Part shown: positions 1 through 12,483 of the stretch, in pieces
How the letters are laid out: the number at the start of each line of letters is the position of its first letter
Numbering within the stretch: the stretch's first letter is position 1
From: Basidiobolus meristosporus CBS 931.73
Lineage: Eukaryota > Fungi > Basidiobolomycota
Direction of reading: 5' to 3'
Length of the DNA: 54,151 nt
Assembly (NCBI GenBank): GCA_002104905.1
Contig: MCFE01000603.1
Location: 1-54,151 of the forward strand
Program-made: the position numbers and the translations under genes
Notes under the pieces: generated by a model
Told to the model about the DNA's origin: nothing
Database searches by the model: none
The model's input: the letters and a program-made list of their open reading frames with translations, nothing else

Positions 1-420
1 AAAGGAAATCCAGTGGTAGTGATGGGATTGATGAGAAAAGACCATTCAGATGAGTAAGTCATATTAAAATTGGTGGATGATTGTATGGAGGCAGTTTGAA
101 TTGATTTGGTGCAATCTGCGTTGTTTATCTGATTTTTAATATATTATGGTTAAATCTCCATCAATTGCCATGTATCCCATCATTATGTTGCAAAAATCAT
201 CCGCAAACAATGCCTTGGTACTTTTATTGATGCTTTAATCATAGGGCTATAATCAAATAGGAAATCTACAATTGATGTGATCTGATCTGTGTCAACACGA
301 TCCAAGATTCATCATGCATAATATATGGAAAATTCAACAATCACATTAGTTTCATATATATTTCATATAAGACCAGGTTGATGCCAATAAACTGCTGTAT
401 AAGTATCACAATCCGTTGCT

Positions 421-2460
421 ATGGTCCCCATACCAAGCCTCAACTCATCTTTAGTACAACCCAGACAAAACCCATCCCCCAGCTCACAAGCACAGTCCAG
501 ACTGGAAAAGTCAATGTTGAATCCGTTCAAGTTCTTACCAAATGATTTTAGTATGGCCCAAGTGTCTATGATGAGCCTTCATACAGATATTTGGGCACTA
601 CTGATTAATCTAGCAGAACTAGATACCTCAGAGAGTCAACAAAGATGGAAGAATTTGAGTAGAAAGCTGTGGCATGAGTTCTACATCAAGATGCCAGCCA
701 ATGTATGTAAAAAGATATATAACAAGACAAGTATTGATATCAAGAATGAGCTGAGAGTGAGGGGATTTGACAAAGAAGCCGCGCGGGAGCAATTTTGCAC
801 GCAATTTGCACAGTATGGGCCGGACGCGTCTGTTTGTGCCTCAACTTTGGGAACCAAAGAGATTTTGAATGAGTTTTTGCCTCAAATGACTAATGTACTA
901 CACGATATATTAGTAGAGCTAAGTGGCTTCTGAGAGCAATATACACAGGACTCATCCAGGCAACAGCTCCAAAGTATCAGACAGAGGGTAAGTGAATACC
1001 TTGAGGAGTCAGATGGTGAGCTTCAGGAGGAAGAATACAGACCATGAGCAACATTGTCCAGATTGCGCCAGCATGCCTTGCTGGATTCCCTACCATCTCT
1101 TGCAACCACAGCGTGCCAGCACACGTCAGTCCAGACCATGCCAACACCCTTTACCAGAATGCCCCGCACTGAGTCAACGCACGTGCTTCAGAGCAAAACT
1201 ATGAGAACTTGCCAAACTGCTCATTCAGACACAAGTCCATTGGAGCAGACCAAGTTGCGTCAACATGCAGCATCACATCAAACTCAGCCAAGGGCCATCT
1301 CAACGCGTCAAGGCACTGTGGTGGTGTAGAGGTACCCCTGGGAGAAGCTACACAACTCAAGGTGTGTGAGGTGTCTGATGGGTGCAATAACATCTGTGTC
1401 TAAACTGCTGGTGTCTTTGTCAATATGTCACTATGGTAAAAGCTCCTGCTTCTCTAGCTTCCTAGGTGCTCCAAGTGTCTCCAAAGGCCTCTGTGTGCCT
1501 TGTGCACTACCCTGAAAAGCTCCTTGATTGTAGGTCTGAGATGTACTGTTGAAGGCAGGTGCAGTGATCAACTGCTAATCAATAAGGTAGCAGTGTTACT
1601 GATAGAAGGGATGATTTATTGATGAGGGATTGCTTTCCCTTAAATACTTTTCCTGATTGCCAAGTGATTATTAATGACAAGGTTCTAGAAGATTCTAGGC
1701 ATCAGTGGAATTCTTGATGACATCACTATGAGCTAAAAATATGCCAAGAATGTCCTGGAAGGTTCTAAAAGGCACAGCACATTCAACCAATCAGGAATCA
1801 GTAGTCTGAAACCTGTGCAACATAAAATTACCATATATGGTATTGAAATGGTAGGGATGGTAACACAGACCTAGGTCATGTGTCACCGGTACTGACACAG
1901 GTACATGCCTTATGTAGATACATATACTGATCATAAAGCTGAATAACATCTGGGATAACTAATGCTATAACTAATCAGGGTAAACATCATATGGGGATAA
2001 TACTGATACTAAGGGCAAAAGAAGAATGGGATAATACTGATAAGTTAAAATATGGATAAGTATATCATAATGACTATATGAATAAACTTGTCTGTGGGAG
2101 GTATGTTTACACTACCACAGCGCGCCTGCGCGTGCCGTTTTGCCTGACCAACAGCAAGTTACTTCTGGTGAACTGACTGATGATGACCAACATGAAGTGC
2201 CTCAACCACTGGAGCCCTTAGCAAGTAAAAGAACACGTCACCACGTGGCACTACAGGCCGGTTCAGTTGGTTTAGTTGGAGCAATTCAGCGCAGCCAAGC
2301 TGCAGCATTGCACTCATCAACTTGGAGGCAAAATACTGACTACAAATTCACAAGTAGCCAAGATGATAGTCAGCCAGGAAGTAGTATAGGTGTGCAAAGT
2401 GAGTCACTACCAAATGCTTCAGTAGTAATCCCTGTGAGAAAAAAAACCAGGAGAAGATGA
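421..2460 (+). pseudogene. Accessory ORF of PHIS copy 1 (Myb/SANT/MADF-like N-terminal motif, Ser/Gln/Thr-rich tail), broken by a stop at 931-933 and a solo LTR
   Basis: ORFs 421-933, 1054-1329 and 2140-2460 align piecewise with 26736-27983. The motif IWALL...RWKNLSRK resembles the last helices of MADF/SANT (resemblance by eye). Confidence 0.75.
1317..2119. mobile_element. Solo LTR (803 bp), CpG-target family, probably Gypsy
   Basis: Termini TGTGGTGGTGTA...TACACTACCACA. 4-bp TSD GCAC (1313-1316) / GCGC (2120-2123). The empty site is present in PHIS copy 2. The core is homologous to 41580-42649. Confidence 0.85.
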
Positions 2461-3203
2461 TGCGATTACTTTGAATTGCTCACATTTGTAATGATCCCAA
2501 CAGCCCTTTTTTTTTGCAATCCTAATTGAGCCATTGCAAATCAGTGATCATCAAATTTTTGATATAAGTAATATCAAGGTCGTCTCACATTTGAGACAGA
2601 ACCCCTATAAATAAACACCCTGCATATATATACATCATCTGTAATACCAGTGCAGCTATTGGATCTGTTTTGCACCTACACAATTGCTTGCGCGCTAGCT
2701 ATGACACCTTGTCCAATCACTAGGATCAGGGATTTACTTGCTCAATGGGCAAAATGGGATATTTGATGGCAAATCAGGTAGCTTTTTCAGTAGTCAATGA
2801 GCCAATTGGGGGCTGCCAGCTTCAGGATACTTTTGGACCACTTAACCACTGAGATACTGTCCAATTGGAGTGAGGGTAACCAAAATGATAAGTATCAGTG
2901 TAGTTTATAGTATGATACACATTTATTTTCATTTACATTAAAGAAACATATCCAAATACCGGATTTTACCTGCCATAATAGCGGTATCCAATTGCGCACA
3001 TGATGCAAACATTACAAGTTGGCGCAATCATCCGTGCCAACCTCATCATGTCAGATTGTGCCATAGTGTGTGAGATTGTCCCACATAGTGCAAAATTGTC
3101 CAAGAACAATCCTGCGTTCTGGTAGCTATAATATTGCGCCCAATTGTTCTTTACAACCGTGGATTGCACCGCGCGCCCTGGCATGGTACAATGGAACAAG
3201 TCT

Positions 3204-3576
3204 AATGCTACCATACCAATTATCCAGATGGTACTTTCTTTTTCTACCTCCCTGTGAACCATTCATATTACCACTGTTGAATCACTCTTCTTAATTTGCT
3301 TACCCACTGCTACCTTGGGTATTCCACATATAGTTCAAATTAGAAAAAACTATGGCATCCTGCTTACAAACCTCTACATAGGAGCACACCTGCTATAATT
3401 TACACACTTCTATCACCTCAACTTTACAGCTTTTCATTGTGATACTTGCAATGTAGGCATATACCATGCATTGCTGGTAACATATACATCTTGCAAACAT
3501 GTGCTTGGTTGCCACCACCTTTGCCATGAATACACCTGAATATCTGCAAAGAATCTCTTGGTAATTAGCTAATATA
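3204..3576 (-). pseudogene. C-terminal fragment of CMC/EnSpm (Transposase_21 family) transposase
   Basis: About 3390-3576 aligns with 24420-24620, the 3' part of the Transposase_21 gene of the second CMC copy (shared MFARCICYQQ...KVEV.EVC). Confidence 0.7.
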
Positions 3577-6381
3577 TGTAGTAAGAGTCTTGAAGATATT
3601 GGAAGTGATTGGGAGAACCAACAGATTTTGTAGTTTTCACTTAATGATCTATTGAATGTAAAAGTAGTATTTATACTTTTACAAGGTCTTGGCATAGAGG
3701 CACATAGAATAGGTTTAGAAAGATCCCAAGAGCATGTGTGCAAGGTTTGGGACTGTATGGACAACTTTGAAAATTCTCATGTTCTGGGTACCCAGTATTT
3801 TGGTGAAAGTATTCTAAGTAAATTCCAACATGAATTTTGGTTAGTATTCTTTAGGATCTGAAGGTAATGATCTAAGTGACTACAATAGGTGTACATTTAA
3901 GTGAAATTACAAGTTTGTACAGCACTCCCACTTAACTAAATACTCATAATGACTAATCCTAATTTTGACCTAAGATATTCAAACTTATCTCTAGCTGATG
4001 ATTTGGCAAATATGTCTGCAATCATTTAATATGTAGGATAGTAAGATAATTTAACCAAGTTATTCTCTATAGCTTCATATATGAAATGGTGTCTATCATC
4101 TATGTGCTTAGTTCTAGCATGAAATCTGGATTTCTACCTAATTGTATACATCCTTGATTATCTTGAAATAAACTAATAGTCATTTTTTGACGTAAGCCTG
4201 AATATTTGAAAGCTTCCTTAGCCACATTACCTCTTTTATAGCTTCCCAGGCTGTCATATACACTACCTCTGTGGTAAAAAGTCCTCCAATTGGTTGTTTT
4301 CTTGCATTCCATGAAATTACTCCTTTACAGTCAAGAAAGATGCATCCTGTGGTGGGTCTTCTATCAACCAAAATTTGTCCCCTATTAGCATCAGAGTATC
4401 CCACAAGATCCTGTTCTGAATTCTTACCAGTGTATCTTAAGCAGATATCAGCAGTTCCCTTTACATATCCAAGAATCTGCTTAACTGCTGCAATATGATC
4501 AGATCCATAGTTCTGGTTTTGCTGGCTGACAGCTCCCACTGAATATGAGATATATGGATGTATTCCAAGCATGAAATACATCAGACTGCCAATCATTGAT
4601 TGCTAAGGAAAGACAGGGCTTTCAGATGGCACCAAGCTCTCTTGATTTGGCTGAGTTTTGAACAAGTTAGGATTTGTCTCCATTGGGGTAGCTGCTGGTT
4701 GACAGTCTTCCATTTGGTACTTCTAAGTATATCTTGAGTATACTTGGATTGGCTTACGGTGATAGTCTGGGTACTTCTGTCTATGAAGAATCTTATCCCT
4801 AAGTAGTAACTGAGTTCTCCTAGATTGGACATCTTGAACTCCATAGTTAGGCTGGATTTAGTCTCTTTCAATGTTTCTAGGTTATTGGCAGCTATAATAA
4901 GATCATCCACATATAGAGCTAATAGAACTGTATTTGCTAAATCTGGCTTATAGGATGTACTATAGTCAGCATTACTCTGTTTCAAACTCAAAGATTTCAA
5001 ATAAGAATCTATTTTGCAATTCCAGGCTCTTGGTGATTGTATCAGTCAATTTAGAGACTTTTTAAGTTTGCAGACCAAATGGGAGTTATCTTGATCTACA
5101 AACCCATCAGGCTGGTCCATATGCACATCCTCATCAAGTTCTTCATTCAAAAATGCAGTTTTCACATCCATTTGATGTATAAATACCAGTATTTGGCTGC
5201 AATAGCCAATATTAATCTGATGGAATTAAACTTGGCTACCAGTGAAAAGGTCTCAGCGTAGTCAAGCCCATTTGTTTGAGAATATCCTGTGGCCATAGGT
5301 CCTGCCTTGTATCTTTCAGCTGTACCCTCAGCCTTGTATTTTGGCTTAAAGACCCATGGCATCCAACTAATTTTTGGTTGATTGGTAATTTGACCAAGTC
5401 CCAAGTTTGACTTTCCATTAGGGCCTGATGTTCCTCAGTAATTGCAGATCTCCAAAACTGTGTCTAAGGGATATTTAGGGCCTCTTTTACAGTCTGGGAC
5501 TCATCAATATGGACTGAATAGGCATTGGCTGAGTTGGTACACTCATTGATAAAGTAGTTTCTGCCATTTCATGTCCAGTTCAATCTTTGGGCATTTAATA
5601 CTAAAATGATCAGTTATGGAATATTCCTGGGCACTGCTTCAGGCTGTGCCACAGTTGTAGAGTCCTCTGCAGTGAAGAATATTTTGTTTTTCTCTGATTC
5701 AATCCTGACAATTGGAGGACTTGGATCAGATTTTTGTCATCATCTGATGTCATTTTTTGTGAATATTTTGAAATTTCATTAAACAACACATTCCTGGACT
5801 TGATCAGCTTCTTTGTTTTGGTATTATAGAGTCTGTATGCTATACTCTCATTGCAGTAGCTCAAAAATCATCATTTCTCACTTTTTGGCTCATATTGTGA
5901 CTGACTTCTTTGCAGTTTCTTAGCATATGCTGTACACCCAAATATTCCCTGATGCTCTACACTTGATCTGTGTCCATACCATGCTTCAAATGGAGTAGAT
6001 TTACAGAGTATTCTGTTATAACTCTTATTTCTAAGGTACACAGCTGAGGCTACTGATTCTGCCTCAAAATTAAAGGATGATTTTTGATTAAGGATCCTAG
6101 ATCTTACCATAATGTTTATTTATCTGTTTGCATATTCTGCTGCTCCATTTTGCTGTGGGGAATATGGTACAGTAGTCTCTTGTTTTATCCCATGAATTGT
6201 GCAGAAGTAGATGGAGAATTTTGTAGTAAATTCTCCACCATTATCAGAGTGTATTTTCTGATCCTTGCACCAGTTTCTCTCTCCACCATGGCTTCAAACT
6301 CCCTGAGCTTAAACAGAACTTCTTCATTTCTCTCCATGAAGTAGACCTATGTGTATGTGGTATAATTATCAGTAAAAGTGA
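3577..6381 (-). mobile_element. Ty1/Copia element, 5'-truncated and degraded: 3' LTR 3577-3924, PPT, RNase H, RT, partial integrase
   Basis: LTR TGTAGTAAG...TACAGCA followed by CTCCCAC (PPT on the minus strand). Minus-strand fragments contain YSDA, LYVDD, W.FK.K and integrase motifs. It ends at an AGTGA microhomology junction. Confidence 0.9.
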
Positions 6382-6466
6382 CACCCACTGACAGATGTGC
6401 TCATTTGCATATTTTCTACTACACATATTTTAGTTTTATCCCACTTGTCTTACTTGATCAGTGGTA

Positions 6467-9400
6467 TGTTGTAAGAGTCTTGGAGATATTGGAAGTGATT
6501 GGGAGAACAAGTAGATTATGTGGTTTTCACTTAATGATTTATTGAATGTGAAAGTAGTATTTATACTTTTACCTGGTCTTGGCATTAAAAACATGTAGAA
6601 TAGGTTAAGGAAGGTCCCAAGAACATGTGTGCAAAGTTTGGGGCTGTTTGGACAACTTTGAGAATTTTCATGTTCTGGGTACCTGGTATTTTGGTGAAAA
6701 TATTCTAAGTGAGTCCCAACAAGGAATTTTGGTCAGTATTCTCTAGGATTTGAAGGGGATGATCTAAGTGACTAAGTTAGGTCAATATTTAGGTGGAAAT
6801 ACAAACTTTTACAACACTCCCACTCAGCTAAATGTTCATACTGACTAGTCCTAATTTTGACCCAAGATATTTGAACTTGTCTCTAGCTAATGGTTTGGTA
6901 AATATGTCTGCAATCATTGCATCTGTAGGACAGTAAACTAAGCTAACTAAGTTATTCTCTATAGCTTCACATATGAAATGATGTCTACTATCTATGTGCT
7001 TGGTTCTAGCATGAAAAGTTGGATTTCTACCTAATTGTATACATCCTTGATTATCTTGAAATAAAGTAATATGCGTTTTTTGACATAGGCCTAAATCTGT
7101 AAAAAGCTTTCTTTACCACATTGCTTCTTTTGTAGCTTCACAGGCTGCCATATACTCTGCCTCTGTGGTGGAAAGTGCTACAGTTAGTTGCTTTCTTGAA
7201 TTCCATGAAATTGCTCCTTTACAGTAAAGAAAGGTGTATTCTGTGGTGGATCTTCTGTCTTCCAAATTTTGTCCCCAATCAGCATCAGAGTATCCCACAA
7301 GATCCTGTTCTGAATCCTTATTAGTGTATCTTAAGCAGATATCAGCAGTTCCTTTTAGGTATCTAAAAATCCGCTTAACTGCTGTAATATGAACAGATCC
7401 ATAGTTCTGATTATGTTGGCCAACAACTCCCACTGAATATGAGATATCTGGACGTGTTCCAAGCATGATATACATCAGACTGCTGATCATAGATTAATAA
7501 GGAAAGTCAGGGCTTTCAGATGGCACCAAGCTCTCCTGATTTGGTTGAGTTTTGACCAAGTTAAGGTTTGTCTCCATTGGGGTAGCTGCCGGTTTACAGT
7601 CTTCAATTTGGTACTTCTTTAGTATATCTTAAATATACTTGGATTGGCTTAGGGTGATAGTCTGGGTACTTCTGTCTATGGAGAACTTAATCCTGAAGTA
7701 GTAACTGAGTTCTCCTAGATTGGACATCTTGAACTCTCTAGATAGGTTTGATTTAGTCTCTTCCAATGTTGCTAGGTTACTGGCGGCTAAAATAAGATCA
7801 TCCACATAAAGAGCCAATAGAGCTGGAATTGCTCTATCTGGCTTTTAGTATATACTATAATCAGCATTACTCCCTTTGAAACTCAAAGATTCCAAATAAG
7901 AATCTATCTTGCAATTGCAGGCTCTTGGTGATTGTTTGAGACCATATAGTGACTTTTTAAGCTTGCAGACCAAATGGGGGTGATCTTGGTCTGCAAACCC
8001 ATCAGGCTGGTCCATATACACATCCTCATTAAGCTCTCCATTCAAAAATGCAGTTTTTATATCCATTTGATGTATAAAAAACTTGTATTTGGCTACAATA
8101 GCCAATATTGATCTAATGGAATTAAACTTGGCTACTGGTGCAAAGGTCTCAGTATAGTCAAGTCCTTTTGTTTGAGAGTGTCCTTTGGCTACAAGTCTTG
8201 CTTTGTATCTTTCAATTGTACCATCAGCCTTGTATTTTGTCTTAAAGACCCATCTGCATCCAATTGATTTCCGGTTGATTGGTAATTTGACTAAGTCCCA
8301 TGTTTGATTTTCCATCAGGGCCTGATATTCCCCAGTTATTGCAGATCTCCAAAACTTTGTCTGAGGGCTATTTAGGGCCTCTTTTACAGTCTGGGGTTCA
8401 TCAATATGGACTAAATAGGCATAGGCTAAGTTTGTACCCTCATTGACATAGTAATTTGGGCTATTTCTTGTCCAATTGGATTGCCTGGCATTTGACACTG
8501 GAATGCTCACTTCTGGGATATTCCTGGGCACTGATTCTATCTGAACCACGGTTGTAGAGTCCTCTGGAGTGAAAAAAGTTTCATTGTTTTGCTCTGATTC
8601 AATCCTGACAATTGGAGGACTTGAGATCAGATTTTTGTCATCATCTGATTTTGTTTTTTGTGAAAATTTTCAATTTACATCAAACAACACATCCCTGAAC
8701 TTGATCAGCTTCTTTGCTTTGGTATTGTAGAGTCTGTATGCCTTACTCTCATTGCAGTAGCCAAAAAATATGCATTTTACACGTTTTGGCACAAATTTTG
8801 ACTGATTTCCGGCCAGTTTTTTGGCATATGCTGTACACCCAAATATTCTTAGATGTTCTGCACTTGGTCTGTATCCCCACCATGCTTCAAATGGGGTAGA
8901 ATCACAAAGTATTCTGTTATAACTCCTATTTTTCAGTCATACAGCAGTGGCAACTGATTCCGCCCAAAAATCATAGGATAATTTTTGATCAAGGAACATA
9001 GATCTTGCCATATCAATTATTGATCTGTTAGCTTGTTCTCCTACTCCATTTTGCTGTGGGGAGTATGGTACAGTAGTCTCTTGCTTTATCCCATGAATTT
9101 TGCAGATGTGGATGAGAGTTTTGAGGTATATTCTCCACCATTGTCAGAGCGTATTTTCTTGATTTTTTACCAGTTTCTCTCTCCACCATGGCTCTAAACT
9201 CCCTGAACTTAGACAAAGCTTCTTCCTTTCTCTCCATAAAGTAGACACATGTGTATCTTCTATAATCATCAATAATAGCAATTAAATACTTCATCCCACC
9301 TAAGGATAAATTTTGCATAGGTCCACACAGATCTGAGTGAATTAGATCTAATTTTTTCTTAGTTTTGATTAACCCAGAGCTCTTGAACGGTTGTCTGGCT

Positions 9401-11153
9401 TGTTTCCCATATATGCAGGCTTCACAGTGCTCCAAATTAGCTGGGGGATCAATTTTCACTCCAGAAATTAGCTGATCTTTGATCATTTTACGCAAATACT
9501 CAAAATTGATGTGTCCAAATCTCCTGTGCCAAAGCATTGGTGTTTCTTCATTTAAGTTACTTATATTGGCTTCCAGATATGATGGAATATAAGTCAACTT
9601 GTATAGATTCTGCTCTCTGATGCCCAAAGCAATATGGGCACCATTTTGATCAGTGATCCTGCATCCAGAATTGTCAAAATTGAAACTGAGTCCTTCTGCT
9701 GTGGCCTTGCTTACAGAGAGTAGGTTCTTGGCTATTTCAGGTACATAGAGTACTTCTTTAAAGGTCAGTGTATGGCTTCCTTCACTGCTTCTAAGGTTTA
9801 CTTGGATAGTTCCTTCTCCCACTGCATCAAGTGTGTTCTATCATTACCCATGAAAACCCTCTTAATTGGAATTTCTTGATATTGGGTAAAAAGTTCTTTT
9901 TGGTGTGTTAAGTGTTGAGAAGCTCCAGAGTCAATATACCACATATGAGAATCCTTGTTTGTGGCCATATTTAGTGCAGATATGAATGGTCTATCTTGAG
10001 TTGTTGCAGCATTTCCATATTCAGGCTTCTTTTGCTGATTATCTTTCTTTTTGAGACGCTGGTCTGATGTGTGTCCTTTCCTTATGCATTAGTTACATAA
10101 CAGGTTGCTGTTGCCTTTGTAGGGTCTTTGGTACCTCCTTTGCTGGTTATTGTTGCTTATTAAAGCATTTTCTTCTTCCTTCTTATTGGCCCTTAATTTT
10201 CTCAATTCTTCATCCAGGAGCCTTCCATATATGTAATTTAAGGTCAAATCTTCAGTTCTGGACTCTAGGGCTGATAAAAGGCCCTGAAACTCATCTGTCA
10301 GGCTATTCAGGATGGTAACTATCGCATCCTCATCAGTAGTTGGTACGCTCACAGATTCCATCTCATCTACCAGCAGGGTAATTCTGTTAATTAGGTTTTT
10401 CATTTCTTCTCCTGGCAGCATCTTTGTAGTAAAGAATTTTCTTCTCAGATACATTTTCTTGGCAGCTGAACATGACTGGTAGGTGTCTTCTAGTGCCTTC
10501 CAGGCATTCTTTGCTGTTTTTGCTCTTGAGCATTGAATTAGCAATTTGTCATTAACATTAAGGCAAATACAGTTAAAGGCACTTTGTTCTTTCTTCTGGT
10601 ACCTCAAGGCTTCCTCTCCCACATTTTTAGGAGGGCATTCTTCTCCCATGACAATATCCCAAAGGCCTCTTTCTTGTAGCAGCATCTTTATTTTCACCTT
10701 CCACACCTGGTAGTTATATCCATCCAACTTTTCAGCAGAGGGAAAAATTCCAGTAATAGCAGTAGTGGGCATTGCAGAGAGTGACAGCTTAGGGTTCTTA
10801 ACCTGTTGTAAGAGTCTTGGAGATATTGGAAGTGATTGGGAGAACAAGTAGATTATGTGGTTTTCACTTAATGATTTATTGAATGTGAAAGTAGTATTTA
10901 TACTTTTACCTGGTCTTGGCATTACAAACATGTAGAATAGGTTAAGGAAGGTCCCAAGAACATGTGTGCAAAGTTTGGGGCTGTTTGGACAACTTTGAGA
11001 ATTTTCATGTTCTGGGCACCTGGTATTTTGGTGAAAATATTCAAAGTAAATCCCAACAAGGAATTTTGGTCAGTATTCTCTAGGATTTGAAGGTGAAGAT
11101 CTAAGTGACTAAGTTAGGTGAATATTTAGGTGGAAATACAAATTTTTACAACA
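6467..11153 (-). mobile_element. Full-length Ty1/Copia element (4687 bp) with two 350-bp LTRs (6467-6816, 10804-11153)
   Basis: About 9 mismatches between the LTRs by eye, and both share a private extra T (GAATTTTGGTC). PBS at 10790-10803, PPT at 6817-6827. Flanks TGGTA/TACTA sit at a position-compatible 5-bp TSD but match imperfectly. Confidence 0.95.
6828..10772 (-). pseudogene. gag-pol: Copia gag-pol polyprotein (gag, CCHC knuckle, protease, GAG-pre-integrase, integrase, RT, RNase H) with stops and frameshifts
   Basis: ORFs 10089-10931 (KLDGYNYQVW), 9028-9822 (LWHRRFGH, HSDLCGP), 7845-8549 (W.FK.K, QMDIKTAFLNG, LYGLKQ), 7629-7817 (LYVDD), 7113-7490 (YSDADW, STTEAEY). Confidence 0.93.
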
Positions 11154-11192
11154 TACTATCCCATAAGCTGGCTGTCTATCACACCTGCTTAC

Positions 11193-11561
11193 TGTTGCAA
11201 TTTAAGAAGTGATTTGGATATAAGGAACTTATCAAGAAATAGTGATAATTGTTGAACTGTTGTTTATTCATAAAGAAGCTCAGTATTTATACCTTTGTAG
11301 AAGTAATACAGCTGCAACACTGAGTAGGGAGGGTTTCTCAATATTCAGGAGCATTCTGTAACAGTTTCAGGGTTAGTACATAATGTTTGGTAATAGTTTT
11401 AATTTGATCCTGACTATAGGGGAATAATCATAAGATCATATATCTGGAGAAAGTGGCAAAGTTAAGGCAGTAAATGAGTCCTACAGTGACTAAGACTAGC
11501 CTAGAATTGTTAAGTAAATTTTTAGCTGCTGAATGATACCAAATAGTCCAATATTTCAACA
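11193..11561. mobile_element. Solo LTR (369 bp) of a separate family, probably Copia
   Basis: TGTTGCAA...TTCAACA with a perfect 5-bp TSD CTTAC (11188-11192, 11562-11566). It is absent from the homologous LTR at 29612. Confidence 0.85.
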
Positions 11562-12483
11562 CTTACCTTATTGCATAAGTTATCCCTCACTTTATGTAAG
11601 ATTACTAGCTATTAGTGCTTCTATATTAGGCAAGTACCTGTGCCAATATCCATGACACATGGTCAACCCATGTCACCATCCCTACCATTTCTACACCATG
11701 AGTATTATCCCTATGTTACATAGCTTTCAGAGTATTGATTCCTGATTGGTTGGATGTGCTATACCTCTTGGAACCTTCTGGCACCTACTTAGAATACTCT
11801 TAGCTCATTCTGATGTCATTAAGATTTCTATTGATATCTGGAACCTTCTGGAACACAATGATTAGTAATCACTTAGCCAGTGAGAAAAGTATATAGGGGA
11901 GGCAATCCCTCATCAATGAATTATCATCCCTTTTATCAATATACCAACTTGTTGATTAGTGTGATCACTGCTACCTGCTGCTACCTGAACCTCCAATCCC
12001 AGACCACAGGACACTCCCAGCAAACCATGCTGACAGCCAACTGACCCCAGAGGCACTACTTGTGAGGAATGCCCAGAGCAGGTATCTTGTATAATATTTG
12101 ATTCTTTCCCAAGTTTGTGCTTCTACAGGCAAAGATACTTTTCTTTCTTTGTAACTATTGATTGCAGCTGCATTCTTATCAAGTCCTTGCTGGTGGAGTT
12201 TATAATTGTTTTGACTTTGGAAGCATTAGTACATTGTCATCTCAAAGGATGCTGAACCCAGCACATACTTTTGTTAAGACACCAACTAAGTTGGGGATTG
12301 TAGCTCAATAGTTTTTCCTTGACAAGCTTGTGGCTTTATTTCCCATCACATTAGATTAGAGAAAGAGCCCAAGTATTTCTAGCAAGCTTTTGCCAGAGGA
12401 TATTGCACCCAGTGAGCACCCCACACATACAACACTTGAGAAGTGTTGGATGTATCTCTCCCTTGAACTTATACACCACCACA

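Larger units (their letters stand above)
1..3203. mobile_element. PHIS (PIF/Harbinger-related, Pangu-type) DNA transposon, copy 1; left part lies outside the window; interrupted by a solo LTR
   Basis: Position 1 aligns with 26315 of the complete copy. The right TIR CAATGGAACAAGTCT ends at 3203 and is followed by AAT, the same flank as in copy 2. Confidence 0.9.
6377..12483. mobile_element. LTR of the CpG-target family split into three pieces (6377-6466, 11154-11192, 11562-12483) by two later insertions
   Basis: The pieces rejoin into a sequence collinear with 29612-30974. It ends TATACACCACCACA at 12483. The extreme left terminus is deleted. Confidence 0.85.

Noticed and set aside
2966-3262. 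Third small ORF in the PHIS element (also 28490-28723)
   Set aside because: It starts in or beyond the TIR and overlaps the subterminal repeats. Being open in two near-identical copies is not evidence of coding.
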